DNA of 64,000 nucleotides, from positions 576,001-640,000 of the forward strand of contig CAWIAD010000001.1 in assembly GCA_963833985.1 (NCBI GenBank). The letters run 5' to 3'. Below are positions 29,515 through 40,993 of this stretch, piece by piece (position 1 is the stretch's first letter; each line of letters begins with the position of its first letter). Both the position numbers and the translations under genes were made by a program. Origin of the DNA: an uncultured Planctomycetaceae bacterium (lineage in GTDB: Bacteria > Planctomycetota > Planctomycetia > Isosphaerales > Isosphaeraceae). The notes beneath the pieces are model-generated. The model was given only the letters and a program-made list of their open reading frames with translations, did no database searches and was not told the DNA's origin.

Positions 29515-31121
29515 TGATCGCGCAGACCGCGTTCGAAGCTGTGCAGCGCACGCTCCTGATCCTGACCCCCGAGTTCATCCTGCTGGCCGCAAGCGTGGCC
29601 ATGATGACGGCCGCCCCGTTCGTCCACTGGCCCCGGCGGACCTGGTGCGCGGCCGCGGCCGGGGCCGTTTTCGCCGCCCTGGTGGCGTTGCTGGCGGTTG
29701 CGCGGCTGCGCACCGATCCTTACGCCGGAGTGGTGCTGAACGATGCTCTGGCCTTCTACGGCCGCCTGACGGTGCTGCTGGGCGGACTGGTGCTGCTGGC
29801 TCTGGCGCACGATGAGCCAGCCGATTCGCTCGCCGGCGAATTCTTCGGCGCACTGCTCATGGTCCACGCGGGGGCAATGCTGGTGACCTCGGCCAACGAG
29901 CTGGTCTTCCTGTTCGTGGGCCTTGAGCTGGTGAGCATTCCCACCTACATGCTGCTGTACCTCTCGCGGCGTTCCGTCGCCACACAGGAAACCGCGACCA
30001 AGTACTTTTACCTGAGCATCTTCTCGTCGGGCATCCTGCTCTTCGGGCTGGCCTATCTTTACGGCCTGGCCGGAGTCAGCAACCTCAAGGCGCTGGCAAC
30101 GCTGTCCTGGTACCTACCGTCGATCCCGCATCCGCAGCTCGGGCTGATCGCGGTGGTCTTCGTCCTGGCGGGGCTCAGCTTCCGGGTGGCCGCGGTACCG
30201 TTCCACTTTTACGCGCCCGATGTTTACCAGGAGTCGCCCACGGCCCTGGCCGCCTTGCTGTCCTGGGTGCCAAAGGGAGTGGGCTTCGTGGCCATGGTGC
30301 GGGTGCTCACCGCGGTGATCTCGGTGAAGGGGCCGGACGACCCGCTGGTGCAGAAGGCCGTGATGATTTCCTGGATCGTGGCCGCGGCCACCATGATCCT
30401 GGGCAACGCGATGGCGCTCTTGCAGAACAACCTGAAGCGGCTGCTGGCCTACTCGTCGATCGCGCACGCCGGCTACCTGATGATGGGTGTGACGGTTGCA
30501 TTTGCCAATGGAGCGAGTAGTACCTCGTTTTATTACGGTTGCGAGGGCATCTTCTTCTACCTGGCGGCCTACGGGCTGATGACGCTGGGCGCGTTCGGCG
30601 TGATCATCGCACTTGAGACCTCAGGGCGCCAGGTGCAGACGGTCGACGAGCTGGCGGGGCTGGGCAGCACGCAGCCGTGGCCGGCACTGGCGCTGGCCTT
30701 CTGTCTTCTGAGCCTCAGCGGCATCCCACCGCTCGCGGGTTTCTGGGGCAAGCTGGAAATCTTCGCCTCGTGCTTCGCCGTGAACCCCGAGGAGACGACC
30801 GGCCCGTTCACGATTCTGGCCGTGATCGGCGTGCTGAACGCGGCCGCCGGCGCCTATTACTACCTGCGGATCATCGTCGCGATGTATCTGCGACCGGCGC
30901 GCCAGCCGGTGCAGGCGCGCGGTGGCTGGCCGCTGGCGCTGGCGGTGGGCGCCTGCGCCTCGCTGTCGCTGCTCCTGGGCCTTTTCCCCGCGCCGCTCGC
31001 CAGGGCCTCCCGGGCGGCTGCGGTGGCGGCCATCGAATACGTCCCGGCAGAGTCCGGTCCGGCGACGATCGCACGCATGGATAGCCAGGCCACGGGGCAC
31101 CCTCACCGAACGCCTCGTTGA
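29514..31121 (+). CDS. nuoN: NADH-quinone oxidoreductase subunit N
   Basis: LELVSIPTY, VPFHFYAPDVY, KRLLAYSSIAHAGY, GIPPLAGFWGK, YYYLR. Confidence 0.96.
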   Translation: MIAQTAFEAVQRTLLILTPEFILLAASVAMMTAAPFVHWPRRTWCAAAAGAVFAALVALLAVARLRTDPYAGVVLNDALAFYGRLTVLLGGLVLLALAHDEPADSLAGEFFGALLMVHAGAMLVTSANELVFLFVGLELVSIPTYMLLYLSRRSVATQETATKYFYLSIFSSGILLFGLAYLYGLAGVSNLKALATLSWYLPSIPHPQLGLIAVVFVLAGLSFRVAAVPFHFYAPDVYQESPTALAALLSWVPKGVGFVAMVRVLTAVISVKGPDDPLVQKAVMISWIVAAATMILGNAMALLQNNLKRLLAYSSIAHAGYLMMGVTVAFANGASSTSFYYGCEGIFFYLAAYGLMTLGAFGVIIALETSGRQVQTVDELAGLGSTQPWPALALAFCLLSLSGIPPLAGFWGKLEIFASCFAVNPEETTGPFTILAVIGVLNAAAGAYYYLRIIVAMYLRPARQPVQARGGWPLALAVGACASLSLLLGLFPAPLARASRAAAVAAIEYVPAESGPATIARMDSQATGHPHRTPR

Positions 31122-31365
31122 TCGCCGTTGGGGCCGCGATTATCCTGAAGCGCCAGGTAAACTCGAATTCAGGCGGCCGTGGAATGGCCCTTCCGCGGCG
31201 GAGCGCATTCCGCAGTGCCCTGCGCAGCGGTTTCCAGAAGGGTGCAGCGTCCGGCTGGCAGGCGGCCAGCCAGTTCCGTTCGGGTACCGATCATGGTCAT
31301 CACAACGAACCTGCGTGGGGCGGCAAGCCCGATGGCCCTGGACGCGGCCCGGGATCCATGAAGCA

Positions 31366-34300
31366 ATGGACGGGAACCTCAGAGACCTGACCGACCACAC
31401 GCTCGCCGCGGAGTACAGGGCACTCTGGGAAAACAGCAGCGCTCCCCCGGACGTGCTCCAGTTCCTCGCCGGCCGCCCCGCCGTGCCAGCCCCCGAGCGG
31501 CTTGACCTGCTGCGGATCGACCAGCATTTCCGCTGGATGCGCGGAGAACCTCGGCCGCTTCAGGCTTATCTCAAAGAATTCCCGGAAATCGCCGTGCGTC
31601 CGGAGCTGGTCCGGCTGCTCATTGCCAGCGACCAGGAAAGCCGCAAGGAGTCCGGCGCCGGGCCGTTTCACCTGCTCGAGGGCGTGGAGGAGATTCACCC
31701 ATCACGCGCCCGGACCCTCGTGATGGGCAGCCATGCCAGCCTCGAGACAATGACTGAAGACGAGGTGACGCCGGCGGGTCGTTCGTCGACCGCTTCGTAC
31801 CAGCCAGTGCCCGTGGCCAGAGGCGGCATGCAGGAGGCGGTCACCCGGTCGGCCAGCCGGTCCGGGCCATCGCTCGGTTTTGATCTCGACTCCTCGGTGG
31901 AGGCTCTCTCCGAGGCCGAGACGCTGCCGCCCATGCTCGGGAACGTTCGTTTCACCTTGCTCCGGCGGCTCGGCGCGGGCGGCATGGGCGTGGTCTTCGA
32001 AGCCTACGATGAGCAGCGCGGCGAGATCGTGGCGCTCAAGACCATGCGCCGGGTTGATCCCACCGCGCTGGACCGCTTCAAGCAAGAATTCCGCGCGCTC
32101 TGCGACATCACCCACCCCAACCTGATCAACCTGTACCAGCTCTTCGCCGTGGACAATCGCTGGTTCTTCACCATGGAGCTGATCGACGGCTGCGACCTTC
32201 TGGCCTACGTCGGCGCCGCTCCTGTTGCTGGAGATCCTGCCCACGGCGAGACCTGCTCCGGGGTGCCATCTCCGGGCGCGAACGCCGTCGATGGCCGCAG
32301 CCGGCTGCGAGCGGCGCTCTTGCAGCTTGCGGAGGGAGTGCAGGCCCTGCACTCCGCGGGCAAGCTGCACCGCGACATCAAGCCGACGAACGTGCTGGTG
32401 ACGCGCGAGGGCCGCGTGGTGCTGCTTGATTTCGGCCTGCTGGCGGACCTTGAGCCCACTGGCCAGCATCACACCGTCGCGCGGCAGGTCGTCGGTACGA
32501 TCGCCCACATGTCGCCCGAGCAGGCGCTCGGACGTCCCGTCTCGGCGGCCAGCGACTGGTACTCGGTCGGCGTGATCCTCTACCAGGCACTCACCGGCCG
32601 GCTGCCGTTTCACGGCTCCTTCGACGAGGTGGTGTTGCTGAAGCAGACGACCGTCCCGGCAGCACCCGATGCACTGGTTGCGGGCCTTCCCGGCGACCTC
32701 GTGCGGTTGTGCCAGGATCTGCTGGCACGTGATCCGGCGCGGCGACCCGGCGGAATCGAGATCCTGGAGCGTCTGCGGGGCTACTCATTGCCTCCGTCCG
32801 GGGCCCTCAGCGAGCGAACCGGCGTGCCCCTGGTGGGACGGACAAGGCATCGCCAGGCGCTCGACGCCGGCTATGACCTGCTCGCGCGCCGCGAGCCGGC
32901 GACCATCTTCGTGTCGGGACGGACCGGCACCGGGAAAACCACGCTCGTCCGCTCGTTCCTGGACGACCTGCGGACGCGGCAAGACACGCTCGTCCTCGCC
33001 GGCCGTTGTTACGAGCAGGAGTCGGTTCCGTTCAAGGCCGTGGACAGCCTGATTGACGCGCTGGCCCGGCATTTGAAGCAGTTCTCCGCACGCCATCTTG
33101 CCCGCTTGCTGCCCCGCGACGGCGCACTCCTGTCGCGCGTGTTCCCGGTGATTCGCGGGGTGGATGGAGTGCTTGCGGGCCGGGCCGCGACCCACGAGCT
33201 TCCCGACCCGCAGGAATTACGGATGCGCGCCTTCGCCGCGCTGCGCGAGCTGCTCGTGAAGCTAGGCGGAGAGACTCACCTGGTGCTCATGATCGACGAC
33301 CTGCAATGGGGGGACGTCGACAGTGCGGTCTTGCTGGCCGACCTGATCTACACGCCCGATCCGCCGGTCTTGCTCTTCGTGGGCAGTTTCCGGACCGAAG
33401 AGTCCGAGGAAAGCCGGTTCCTGCAAATCCTCCGTCAGGCCAGGGAGAAGAGACAGGGGCTGGTGCATCACCGCGAGCTGGCCGTCGGGGCACTCACTCA
33501 GGCGGAGTCCAGAGAGCTGGCGCTGATCCTGCTGGGCCGGGACGACGCGACGGCGCGGGCACACGCTCATATCGTGGCGCACGAGTCCGCGGGCAATCCG
33601 CTCTTCATCAATGAGCTGGTCAAGCACCTGCACGCGGGAGCGCTCTCCGACGGCTGGGACTCCTCGGCCAGCATCGAGCTGGAGACCGTGCTCTGGAAGC
33701 GAATCGAGGGTCTGCCCGATGACGCCCAGCGGCTCATGGAAGTTGTCGCGGTGGCGGGCAGGCCGATTCACGAATCGCTCGCCTTGCGGGCCGCGGAGCT
33801 GGGCATCAGCGGTCGCCAGGCACTGGGAACGCTCCGCTCGGCACGGCTCATCCGCGGCATTGGCTCGGCACAGCTCGACCAGATCGAGAGCTACCACGAC
33901 CGGGTCCGCGAGACGGTGCTTTCGCACCTGGCGCCGGCCGCCAGGCGCTGGAATCATGACCGGCTGGCCAGGGTGCTGGAAATGTCCGGGCAGGCTGACC
34001 CCGAGGTGCTCGCGGAGCATTACCGTGGCGCCGGCGATGTGCTGCGCGCTTGCGAGCTTTTCAGCCAGGCCGCGGACAAGGCCGCCTCGGCGCTGGCGTT
34101 CGACCACGCTGCCTCGCTCTATCGCTCGGCGCTGGATCTGGAATGTCAAACGCCCGCGACCCAGCGACAGCTCCGCACCAAACTGGGCGATGCTCTGGCC
34201 AACGGCGGCCGGGCGCCGAGGCGGCGGCCGTTTACTTGCAGGCCGCAGTCGGGGCACCGGTGGCCGAGGCGCTGGGGCTAAGACGGCAAGCCGCCACCCA

Positions 34301-35687
34301 GCTCCTGATCAGCGGCCTGGTGGACGAGGGGCTGGCCCTGTTGCGCACGCTACTCGGGCCTTTAGGGCTGAGCATGCCGGCAACCCCCCGTGCGGCCTGG
34401 CTCTCGCTGGTCGCTCATCGCGCTCGACTGCGTCTCCGCGGGTTCCGTTTCCGGAAACGAGACGAGACCCAGGTGTCGGCTCTGGACCTGACGCGCATCG
34501 ACACCTGCTGGTCGGCCGTCGCCGGACTGAGCGTCATCGATCCAATTCTGGGTGCCGACTTCCAGACCCGCGGCCTGCTGCTGGCGCTGCGGGCCGGGGA
34601 ACCGATGCGCATCTCGCGGTCGCTTGCCATGGAAGCCGCCCATCGGTCCACGGCCGGAACCCGCTCGGCCGGACGCGTCGAGGCGCTCATCGAGCGCGCC
34701 GAAGCCATGGCGCAGCCGCTCGACTCAGCGCACGCCCGCGGCATGATCCACATGGTCCGCGGCATCAGCCAACTCATGATCGGTCACTGGCAAGCCGCCC
34801 AGTCGTCACTCGACTCGGCCGGGACACTCTTCCGCAACCATTGCACGGGAGTGACCTGGGAGCGTGACACGGTACACAGCCTGGCGCTCTGGGCTATCCT
34901 GCACATGGGCCAGATTGGCGAGCTGCGCCGCCGCTGGAGCGTGCTCATCCGCGAAGCGCACGAGTGCGGCGACCTCTATGCCGCGACCACGCTCACGACC
35001 TTCTACCTGGCCATGATCCGGCTTGCCGACGACGATCCCCGCGACATCGCCCACGAGCTCGAGGCGGTCATGGCCCGCTGGCCCCGGCGCGGGTTCTTCA
35101 TCCAGCATTCCACGGCGGTCCGCTCGCTGGTGCACCTGGATCTCTATCGCGGAGACGGCGCGGCCGCGTGGAACCGGCTCTGCTCGGTCTGGCCCGAGTA
35201 CTCGCGTTCCATGCTGCTCCGTATCCAGCTCACGCGCATCCAGATGCTCGAGCTCCGGGCTCGCTCGGCCCTGGCGGTGGCAGAGCTGGGCAGGGACAGC
35301 GCCCGACTGCTCCAGTCAGCCGAGCGCGACGCTCGCCGGCTGGAACGCGAGGGCCAGAGCTGGGCGCTCGCACATGTGCATCATCTGCGGGCGGGGATTG
35401 CGGCGTGCCGCGAGGATGCCAGCACCGCTTTGCACCAGCTTGCCCTGGCGGCCGATCACTTCGACTCGGCCGACATGCCGCTCAGCGGATGGGTGATGCG
35501 GTACCGGATCGGCGAGATCCAGGGCGACAAGGACGGTCGCGCACTCGTCGACCAGGCCACGCTGTGGATGCAATCGCAATCCATCAAATCTCCCGAGCGG
35601 TGGGTCGCGATGGTCGCGCCGGGCTTCGGCCGGGTCGCCGGCTGCCAGCCCGACACCACCGTTCGGGGTGGCCGTCCGGCCCTCTGA
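31366..35687 (+). CDS. Ser/Thr protein kinase fused to AAA/STAND-type ATPase and helical repeats (frameshift near 34210)
   Basis: LGAGGMGVV, VALK, HRDIKPTN, LLDFG, MSPE; Walker A GRTGTGKT, Walker B IDDLQW, GNPLFI; continues in ORF 34050..35687. Confidence 0.88.
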
Positions 35688-35720
35688 TCGAAGCCCGAAA
35701 TTTGCCGAGGATCAGGCGGC

Positions 35721-37718
35721 TCAGGGCAGGCCGGATTGGACGCGTGCCTGCCGGATGCTCCGGACATACGCCTCGGGCAACTCCACGCGCTTGCCATCAC
35801 TGGTCCACCAGCGCGGTTTCTCGGTGTAGATCCAGACGTACTCGTCGGCCCATCGCAGGGCAGAGCTCAGGGCCTTCTCGAAGCGTTCGGGCGAGAAGTA
35901 ATTCGCCTCCGGCGTCTCGGTCTTCCAGCCGCGCTGGCGCCAGTCGTAGTCGAGCCAGAGTCCAAATCCCGCCGATATCAGTCGCCGGTAGGCCGACGGG
36001 TTGGCCATCTGCGGGGCGGCCGTACGGGTGATGAGCTCATGGGCTTTCTCGAAGTCCATCGCCTCACGATAACCGTATGACGCCTCGAAGCCATCAACGA
36101 TCCGTGTCTTCCCTTTCGCGGCGTCAATCATTCCATCGACGAAGGGAACCAGGAGACCATAACGTTGCATCCGGGGATGCACCACCTCGACGTCCGGAGC
36201 GGCTCGACGCGGACAAAGCCAGCTCGGGCCGAATGTGAGCATGACAGTCAAGTCAGGGAAACCGCTTTGCAGCGCCGACATGACCTCCTTGCCCCGCCGA
36301 CGAGCCTGGAGCGCATATTCCATCCAGCTCCGACGTTTCGCATCGCGCTGCTTGGAAAAATCAAACAATGGACCCTCATACTGCTCGGTATCCAGCAGAA
36401 CGCCGTCGCATCTCGCCCTCCGCGCAAGCTCAGCCGCGAGGCGGGCATTTGCAACCACCGCCCCATAGTCATCGAACCAGTCGAGATTGGCCGGAGTCAC
36501 ATTGAATCTTAGAAAATGATGATTAAAACCTTTGATACGGTCTTGATTTGCATGATTTGCTTCAGCCAGGGCCTCCTGCGCGGCCGGGAACTCCTCAGAC
36601 TTGAACTCCCGGCGTCCCCAGCCCAGCCAGGTGAGGCTTTCGACTTTCTTTGCCGGCACCGAGGTGTTGACATGGAAGACGCAGCCATCGAAGGGTGATC
36701 GACTCATGACCTCCCTGTTCCTCAACACGAACTCCAGGTCCGGTTCATCCCAGCCGAACTCGATCAGCTTGCGCGGACGGTTCGGCCCGGTCGCAACGTG
36801 GGCGGAGCGGTGGTGCTCGGGGAAATCACTCCGGTACCGCGCGAGCAGGGCGTCGACGTCGCCGGGAACGAGGTAGATCTTGCCGCGAATCGTCTTCGTC
36901 TCGCCCGGCTTCAGTCCACCGATCCGGAAATCGGAGTGCAGGCAGACGATCACCCCCTGAAACAGCTCCTGGTATGGTTCCCAGGCCGTCGCCATGATCT
37001 GCTTGCCGTCGCCGGAGAAACATCCGATCAGACCGTTTGAAGGAACCAGCGCACTGAGCGGCCTGGGGTTGACGTCGTTGCGGCTGACAAGCTCCGGACA
37101 CCAGACCTGCCCGGGCGTGTACAGGGCCTGCTGCACCCAGGGCTGCGTCGGCAGTCGCGAGAGCTTGCCGTCCATGAAGACGAAGCACTTCGGCAGGTAT
37201 GCCTCAGAGTTCGGCTCCGGCCGCACGCCCGTGAACGCGTCTACCCGGATGCAAGGCTGAGCCCACTGCGCCTGCGAATCGGTCGTGCCGGGGTTGGTGG
37301 CAGTCAGGCGAAAATCGACGGCGTCCTCCTCGGCCCGGATCTGGTGATCGACCCTCACGCCGCCGTCGAGCACGGATTGCAGGCGGATCAAGCGGCCGTC
37401 GGCGGTTGCCTCGATGAGTCGGGTGCGGTGCGGGATCACCGTGTCTTTCCAGGCGCGGCGCGTCGAGCCTGGCCGGCAGAATGCCTCCAGATAGTGCACG
37501 CGCACCGCGCCGCCGTACAGGTTCGGGGCGCGCATGGTGAGCATCTCGTTCGACCATTCCAGCCGCAGCGGTCCGATCTCCGAGGCCCGTACGCCGGGCT
37601 CGAAGACGCTCACGCAAAGCCAGAGCAGGCCGGCCAGGAAGAGGTCGCTCGCGGCCAAGGTCCACCTGCCGTGGCCCGCCGAAGACTCGGAGTGTGGCTT
37701 GTCGCTGGCCATATCCAT
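35721..37718 (-). CDS. Exported two-domain hypothetical protein
   Basis: 665-aa ORF with N-terminal hydrophobic segment. Domain 1 (YLEAFCRPGST...CLHSDFRIGG) and domain 2 (KLIEFGWD...DTEQY...YVWIYTE, TIM-barrel-like). Confidence 0.7.
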   Translation of the reverse strand: MDMASDKPHSESSAGHGRWTLAASDLFLAGLLWLCVSVFEPGVRASEIGPLRLEWSNEMLTMRAPNLYGGAVRVHYLEAFCRPGSTRRAWKDTVIPHRTRLIEATADGRLIRLQSVLDGGVRVDHQIRAEEDAVDFRLTATNPGTTDSQAQWAQPCIRVDAFTGVRPEPNSEAYLPKCFVFMDGKLSRLPTQPWVQQALYTPGQVWCPELVSRNDVNPRPLSALVPSNGLIGCFSGDGKQIMATAWEPYQELFQGVIVCLHSDFRIGGLKPGETKTIRGKIYLVPGDVDALLARYRSDFPEHHRSAHVATGPNRPRKLIEFGWDEPDLEFVLRNREVMSRSPFDGCVFHVNTSVPAKKVESLTWLGWGRREFKSEEFPAAQEALAEANHANQDRIKGFNHHFLRFNVTPANLDWFDDYGAVVANARLAAELARRARCDGVLLDTEQYEGPLFDFSKQRDAKRRSWMEYALQARRRGKEVMSALQSGFPDLTVMLTFGPSWLCPRRAAPDVEVVHPRMQRYGLLVPFVDGMIDAAKGKTRIVDGFEASYGYREAMDFEKAHELITRTAAPQMANPSAYRRLISAGFGLWLDYDWRQRGWKTETPEANYFSPERFEKALSSALRWADEYVWIYTEKPRWWTSDGKRVELPEAYVRSIRQARVQSGLP

Positions 37719-37725
37719 GGGGGCC

Positions 37726-38115
37726 TCATTGTCTCACAGTCCAGTTGCGAAGCTGTTGCTGGATCCATCGGAACAGCGGGAAGCCGAAGAGCACGCCGGC
37801 AAAATCCGCCAGCCCGTCCTCGAACTCGCCTTCGCGATTGATGACCGGCAGGTTCTGCACGAGCTCGGTGATCGCAGCCAGCCCCGCGCCCGCCAGCATT
37901 AGCCAGATGTACGTCTTTCGGGACGGCGGTGCGAAAGCACGAAGCCAGAGGAGGGCGAAGACCGTGAAGATTCCCGCGTGCACGAACTTGTCGAGATGGA
38001 GCCTGTGCGTCAGCGAGTTCGTGTTCTCGTTCACGGGCAGATACGCCTGGGGCGTCCAGCAGAGTACCAGTATGACGACCGTCCAGATCACGGCGGGGAG
38101 CACGCGGATTCGCAT
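37726..38115 (-). CDS. VanZ family membrane protein
   Basis: DKFVHAGIF, TELVQ, R...EDGLADFAG. Confidence 0.88.
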   Translation of the reverse strand: MRIRVLPAVIWTVVILVLCWTPQAYLPVNENTNSLTHRLHLDKFVHAGIFTVFALLWLRAFAPPSRKTYIWLMLAGAGLAAITELVQNLPVINREGEFEDGLADFAGVLFGFPLFRWIQQQLRNWTVRQ

Positions 38116-38341
38116 GAGGTTCTCTCGGATTCCGTGCAGATCAGTCTCTTACGGACCGCATCGTACCATGATCGACCTGCGATTCGGAGCCGAGATCAGC
38201 CCTCTCCGCGGCAAGCCCCTGCGCTCGTGCAGGCTGATCACCGGCATCACCGCGTCCGCTCCTTCGTAGTTCAAGAGGACTGACCATACTCCTTTCCGCA
38301 TGTGCTTGGACGAGTCGGAGCGCCTGATGGAGCAACGACGA

Positions 38342-40993
38342 CTATTTCGCTCGCATCGATTCCACGAAATCGGGATCGTCCAGCTTCATCGCCGGGCCTG
38401 ACCTGCGGCGGCGCTCAAACTTCGGGTCGGTCGGATCGAAAGTCTCGTCAGGCTTGAAGACCCTGGGGTCGGCAGGAACGAATTTGAATGGTGTGAAGTC
38501 CGGCCTGGAATCAAACAGATCCGCGAGGTCCGTCGCCGTGGCGTCAAACAGGTTGTTGGGGCCGAGCTTGAACAGCCCGTAAATGGACTTGATAATGCTC
38601 ATAATCGAAGTATGTTCGTGGGACACATGCCGTCTCCTGGCCCAGGGACTGATGCAGAGCACGAACGAACGATGGCGATCGATCGAGTCGTTGTCTCCTC
38701 CCGAATCATCCTGGGTCACGAAGATCGCCATCTTCTTCCACTCCGGCTGGGCGGAAAGATAGGCTACGATGCGTCCCAGGGCCAGGTCGTTATCCGCCAT
38801 ATAGCTTGCCACGTAGGGATAGCCCGTCCTGGGGCTGGGGTCGGCCCCATGGTCGTTGCAAATCGCAATATTGACGAACTTCGGAAGCTTGCCGTCGTGG
38901 GCGGATCGGTATTTCTCCACGTCTTCCACGAACCAGTCCACGCGGGCGATGTCGGGGATATTGGTGTTGTAGGCCGGGAACTCAAAACAGGTGTGGTCGT
39001 AGAGCACTTTCGGCATCGGATAGTTGACGCGAGTGAAAGCGCCGGAGCGGGTCTCGGGTTTGTCTTCGTCGTTGTCCGGCAGCTCATAGCCTTCGCCATA
39101 ATTGCGGAACGCGACGCCTCCGCGCGCCAGGTGCTCCCAGAGCGACCCGTTCTCCAGGTAATCTTCGGGAATCTGCGATCCGTTGGAACCAAACGCGACC
39201 AGACGCCCTCTGGCGTTCTCGCTCAGCTTGAAGCCCCATCCCGAGTAGTAGACACGCGTCGTCCAGAAGCTGGGGTACACGCCGACCAGCCAGCGATGTC
39301 CGTCACCCGAGGCTTGCGGCTCCATGTAAAAGTTATCCGAGATGGCGAATTGCTCCGCGAGCCGAACGTGGTTGGGCATGATCGGCAGCCGTTGCGACTT
39401 TCCCTTCTCTCTCAGCCAACCATTGATTCCAAACTCCGCGTATTCGCCCTCGCTCGACGCGCCGGCGAGCCCACCGAAGATCCCGTCAAAGGTGTGATTC
39501 TCCTTGGTGATGAAGACCACGTACTCGATCTCCGAGGGAAAATTCCGCGGCGGATCGTTTCGGGGTCGCATCCCGTTGTTGTCCAGTATCGTGTTGAGTC
39601 CGGGGGGCACGCCCTCCAGGTCCACGACGCAGATCATCCCCGGCATGTCTTGCAGACCGGATCGCTCGTCATTTTCTTGCCGCACATGTTTGGGTCCGCG
39701 CGGACCGTATCCCAGACCTTTCTGCGTCGCAACGTAGAGCGTCCGTTGGTCGGGCGACAGCCGGCAGGCGCTCGGAAACCAGCCTGTCGGAATCCAGTTT
39801 CGAACCGCGCCGGTATCGATCTCGATCACGGCAACGGCGTTGAGTCCCGATGCGCAGACGTAGAGCGTCTTGCCATCGCGGCTCGCCGCCATTCCGGAGG
39901 GGATCACCCCGCGCAGCGTCGAGAGCGCGGGCTGCGGCGCGAGCTTCACCGTGCGGAGAAGCTCCATGGAGCTGGCGCTGAAGAACTGAACCGTGTCGTT
40001 GTTTCCATTGGAGACAAAGAGCGTCCCGCCCGAGACGCAGAGCGAGTTCGGTGAACTGCCGCCCACCGCCTTACCGCCATCCGCGGGCGCATGCAGCAGA
40101 ATCCCCGTTTTAACCTTCGCCGCGACTTTTGGCTTCAAGGGGTCCGCCACATCGATCATCCAGACCGAGTGCGCATCCACAACCGACGCGCTGCCCAGTC
40201 CCGGGACTTTGCGCCCCTGGAATTCCACCCCGGTCTCCGCTTCCCTGGAAGGGAATCCAAAGGCCGGCACCGAGAGACCGCGCGGGTTGCCTGTGCCTGT
40301 CGGAATGGGCGAGTAATCGAACAGGCCGATATTGGCGACAAACAGCCTCTTGCCATCGGCCGAGAGGGCAAGCGAGAAGGGCTCCCTGCCGGCGGGGATA
40401 TCGGCGGCCACGCGGTTCGCGGCGAGGTCGAACGTCACGATCCGCTGACGCGCGACATCCGCGCCGAAGGCGAATCGCTCATCGGGCGTCAGCACCAGGT
40501 CGTTGATGTACGCATCGTCATGGACGCGAATTTCCGCCGCTGGCTTCAAGTCGCGGACTTCAAGGCGTTCCTTCGCAGGGGTGTTCCACTCCCGCGTCTC
40601 AAAAACCTGGATGCCGTGACCGGCGTCGCCGCTGGATGTGATCAGTCTGGAGCTATCCTTCGTGAAGACTCCACAGAATGCAGGCTCTTTCCAGGGAACG
40701 CGAAACGAGAAGCTGCGCGGCCCCGACTCCATGCTGGAGCAGACGACAATCCCCGACCCGCAGAATCCGGCGATCCATTTTCCATCGGGGCTCGGCACAA
40801 CGTTCCAGAGATCGCCGTCTGTGTAGATCCGCTCACCGCGCGGAGTGAGAAGCCGTCCGTTGGGCAGGATCGTCGTCCCGCCCGGCGCGACCCTGGCAAA
40901 TTCCCGGTCCGCGGGGGTCCTGTAACTTTGCGCTTGTGAGGTGAGGGGAAAGGCGATTGCCATCGCCAGGATTCCTGGAATCAGTCGATGCAT
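38342..40993 (-). CDS. Beta-propeller (YncE-like) plus phosphoesterase/alkaline-phosphatase-like protein
   Basis: LPNGR.LTP.G, IPTGWFP, ITKENHTFD, SDNFY, SGDGHRW, NDHG, DNDLALGR, QDDS. Confidence 0.85.
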   Translation of the reverse strand: MHRLIPGILAMAIAFPLTSQAQSYRTPADREFARVAPGGTTILPNGRLLTPRGERIYTDGDLWNVVPSPDGKWIAGFCGSGIVVCSSMESGPRSFSFRVPWKEPAFCGVFTKDSSRLITSSGDAGHGIQVFETREWNTPAKERLEVRDLKPAAEIRVHDDAYINDLVLTPDERFAFGADVARQRIVTFDLAANRVAADIPAGREPFSLALSADGKRLFVANIGLFDYSPIPTGTGNPRGLSVPAFGFPSREAETGVEFQGRKVPGLGSASVVDAHSVWMIDVADPLKPKVAAKVKTGILLHAPADGGKAVGGSSPNSLCVSGGTLFVSNGNNDTVQFFSASSMELLRTVKLAPQPALSTLRGVIPSGMAASRDGKTLYVCASGLNAVAVIEIDTGAVRNWIPTGWFPSACRLSPDQRTLYVATQKGLGYGPRGPKHVRQENDERSGLQDMPGMICVVDLEGVPPGLNTILDNNGMRPRNDPPRNFPSEIEYVVFITKENHTFDGIFGGLAGASSEGEYAEFGINGWLREKGKSQRLPIMPNHVRLAEQFAISDNFYMEPQASGDGHRWLVGVYPSFWTTRVYYSGWGFKLSENARGRLVAFGSNGSQIPEDYLENGSLWEHLARGGVAFRNYGEGYELPDNDEDKPETRSGAFTRVNYPMPKVLYDHTCFEFPAYNTNIPDIARVDWFVEDVEKYRSAHDGKLPKFVNIAICNDHGADPSPRTGYPYVASYMADNDLALGRIVAYLSAQPEWKKMAIFVTQDDSGGDNDSIDRHRSFVLCISPWARRRHVSHEHTSIMSIIKSIYGLFKLGPNNLFDATATDLADLFDSRPDFTPFKFVPADPRVFKPDETFDPTDPKFERRRRSGPAMKLDDPDFVESMRAK

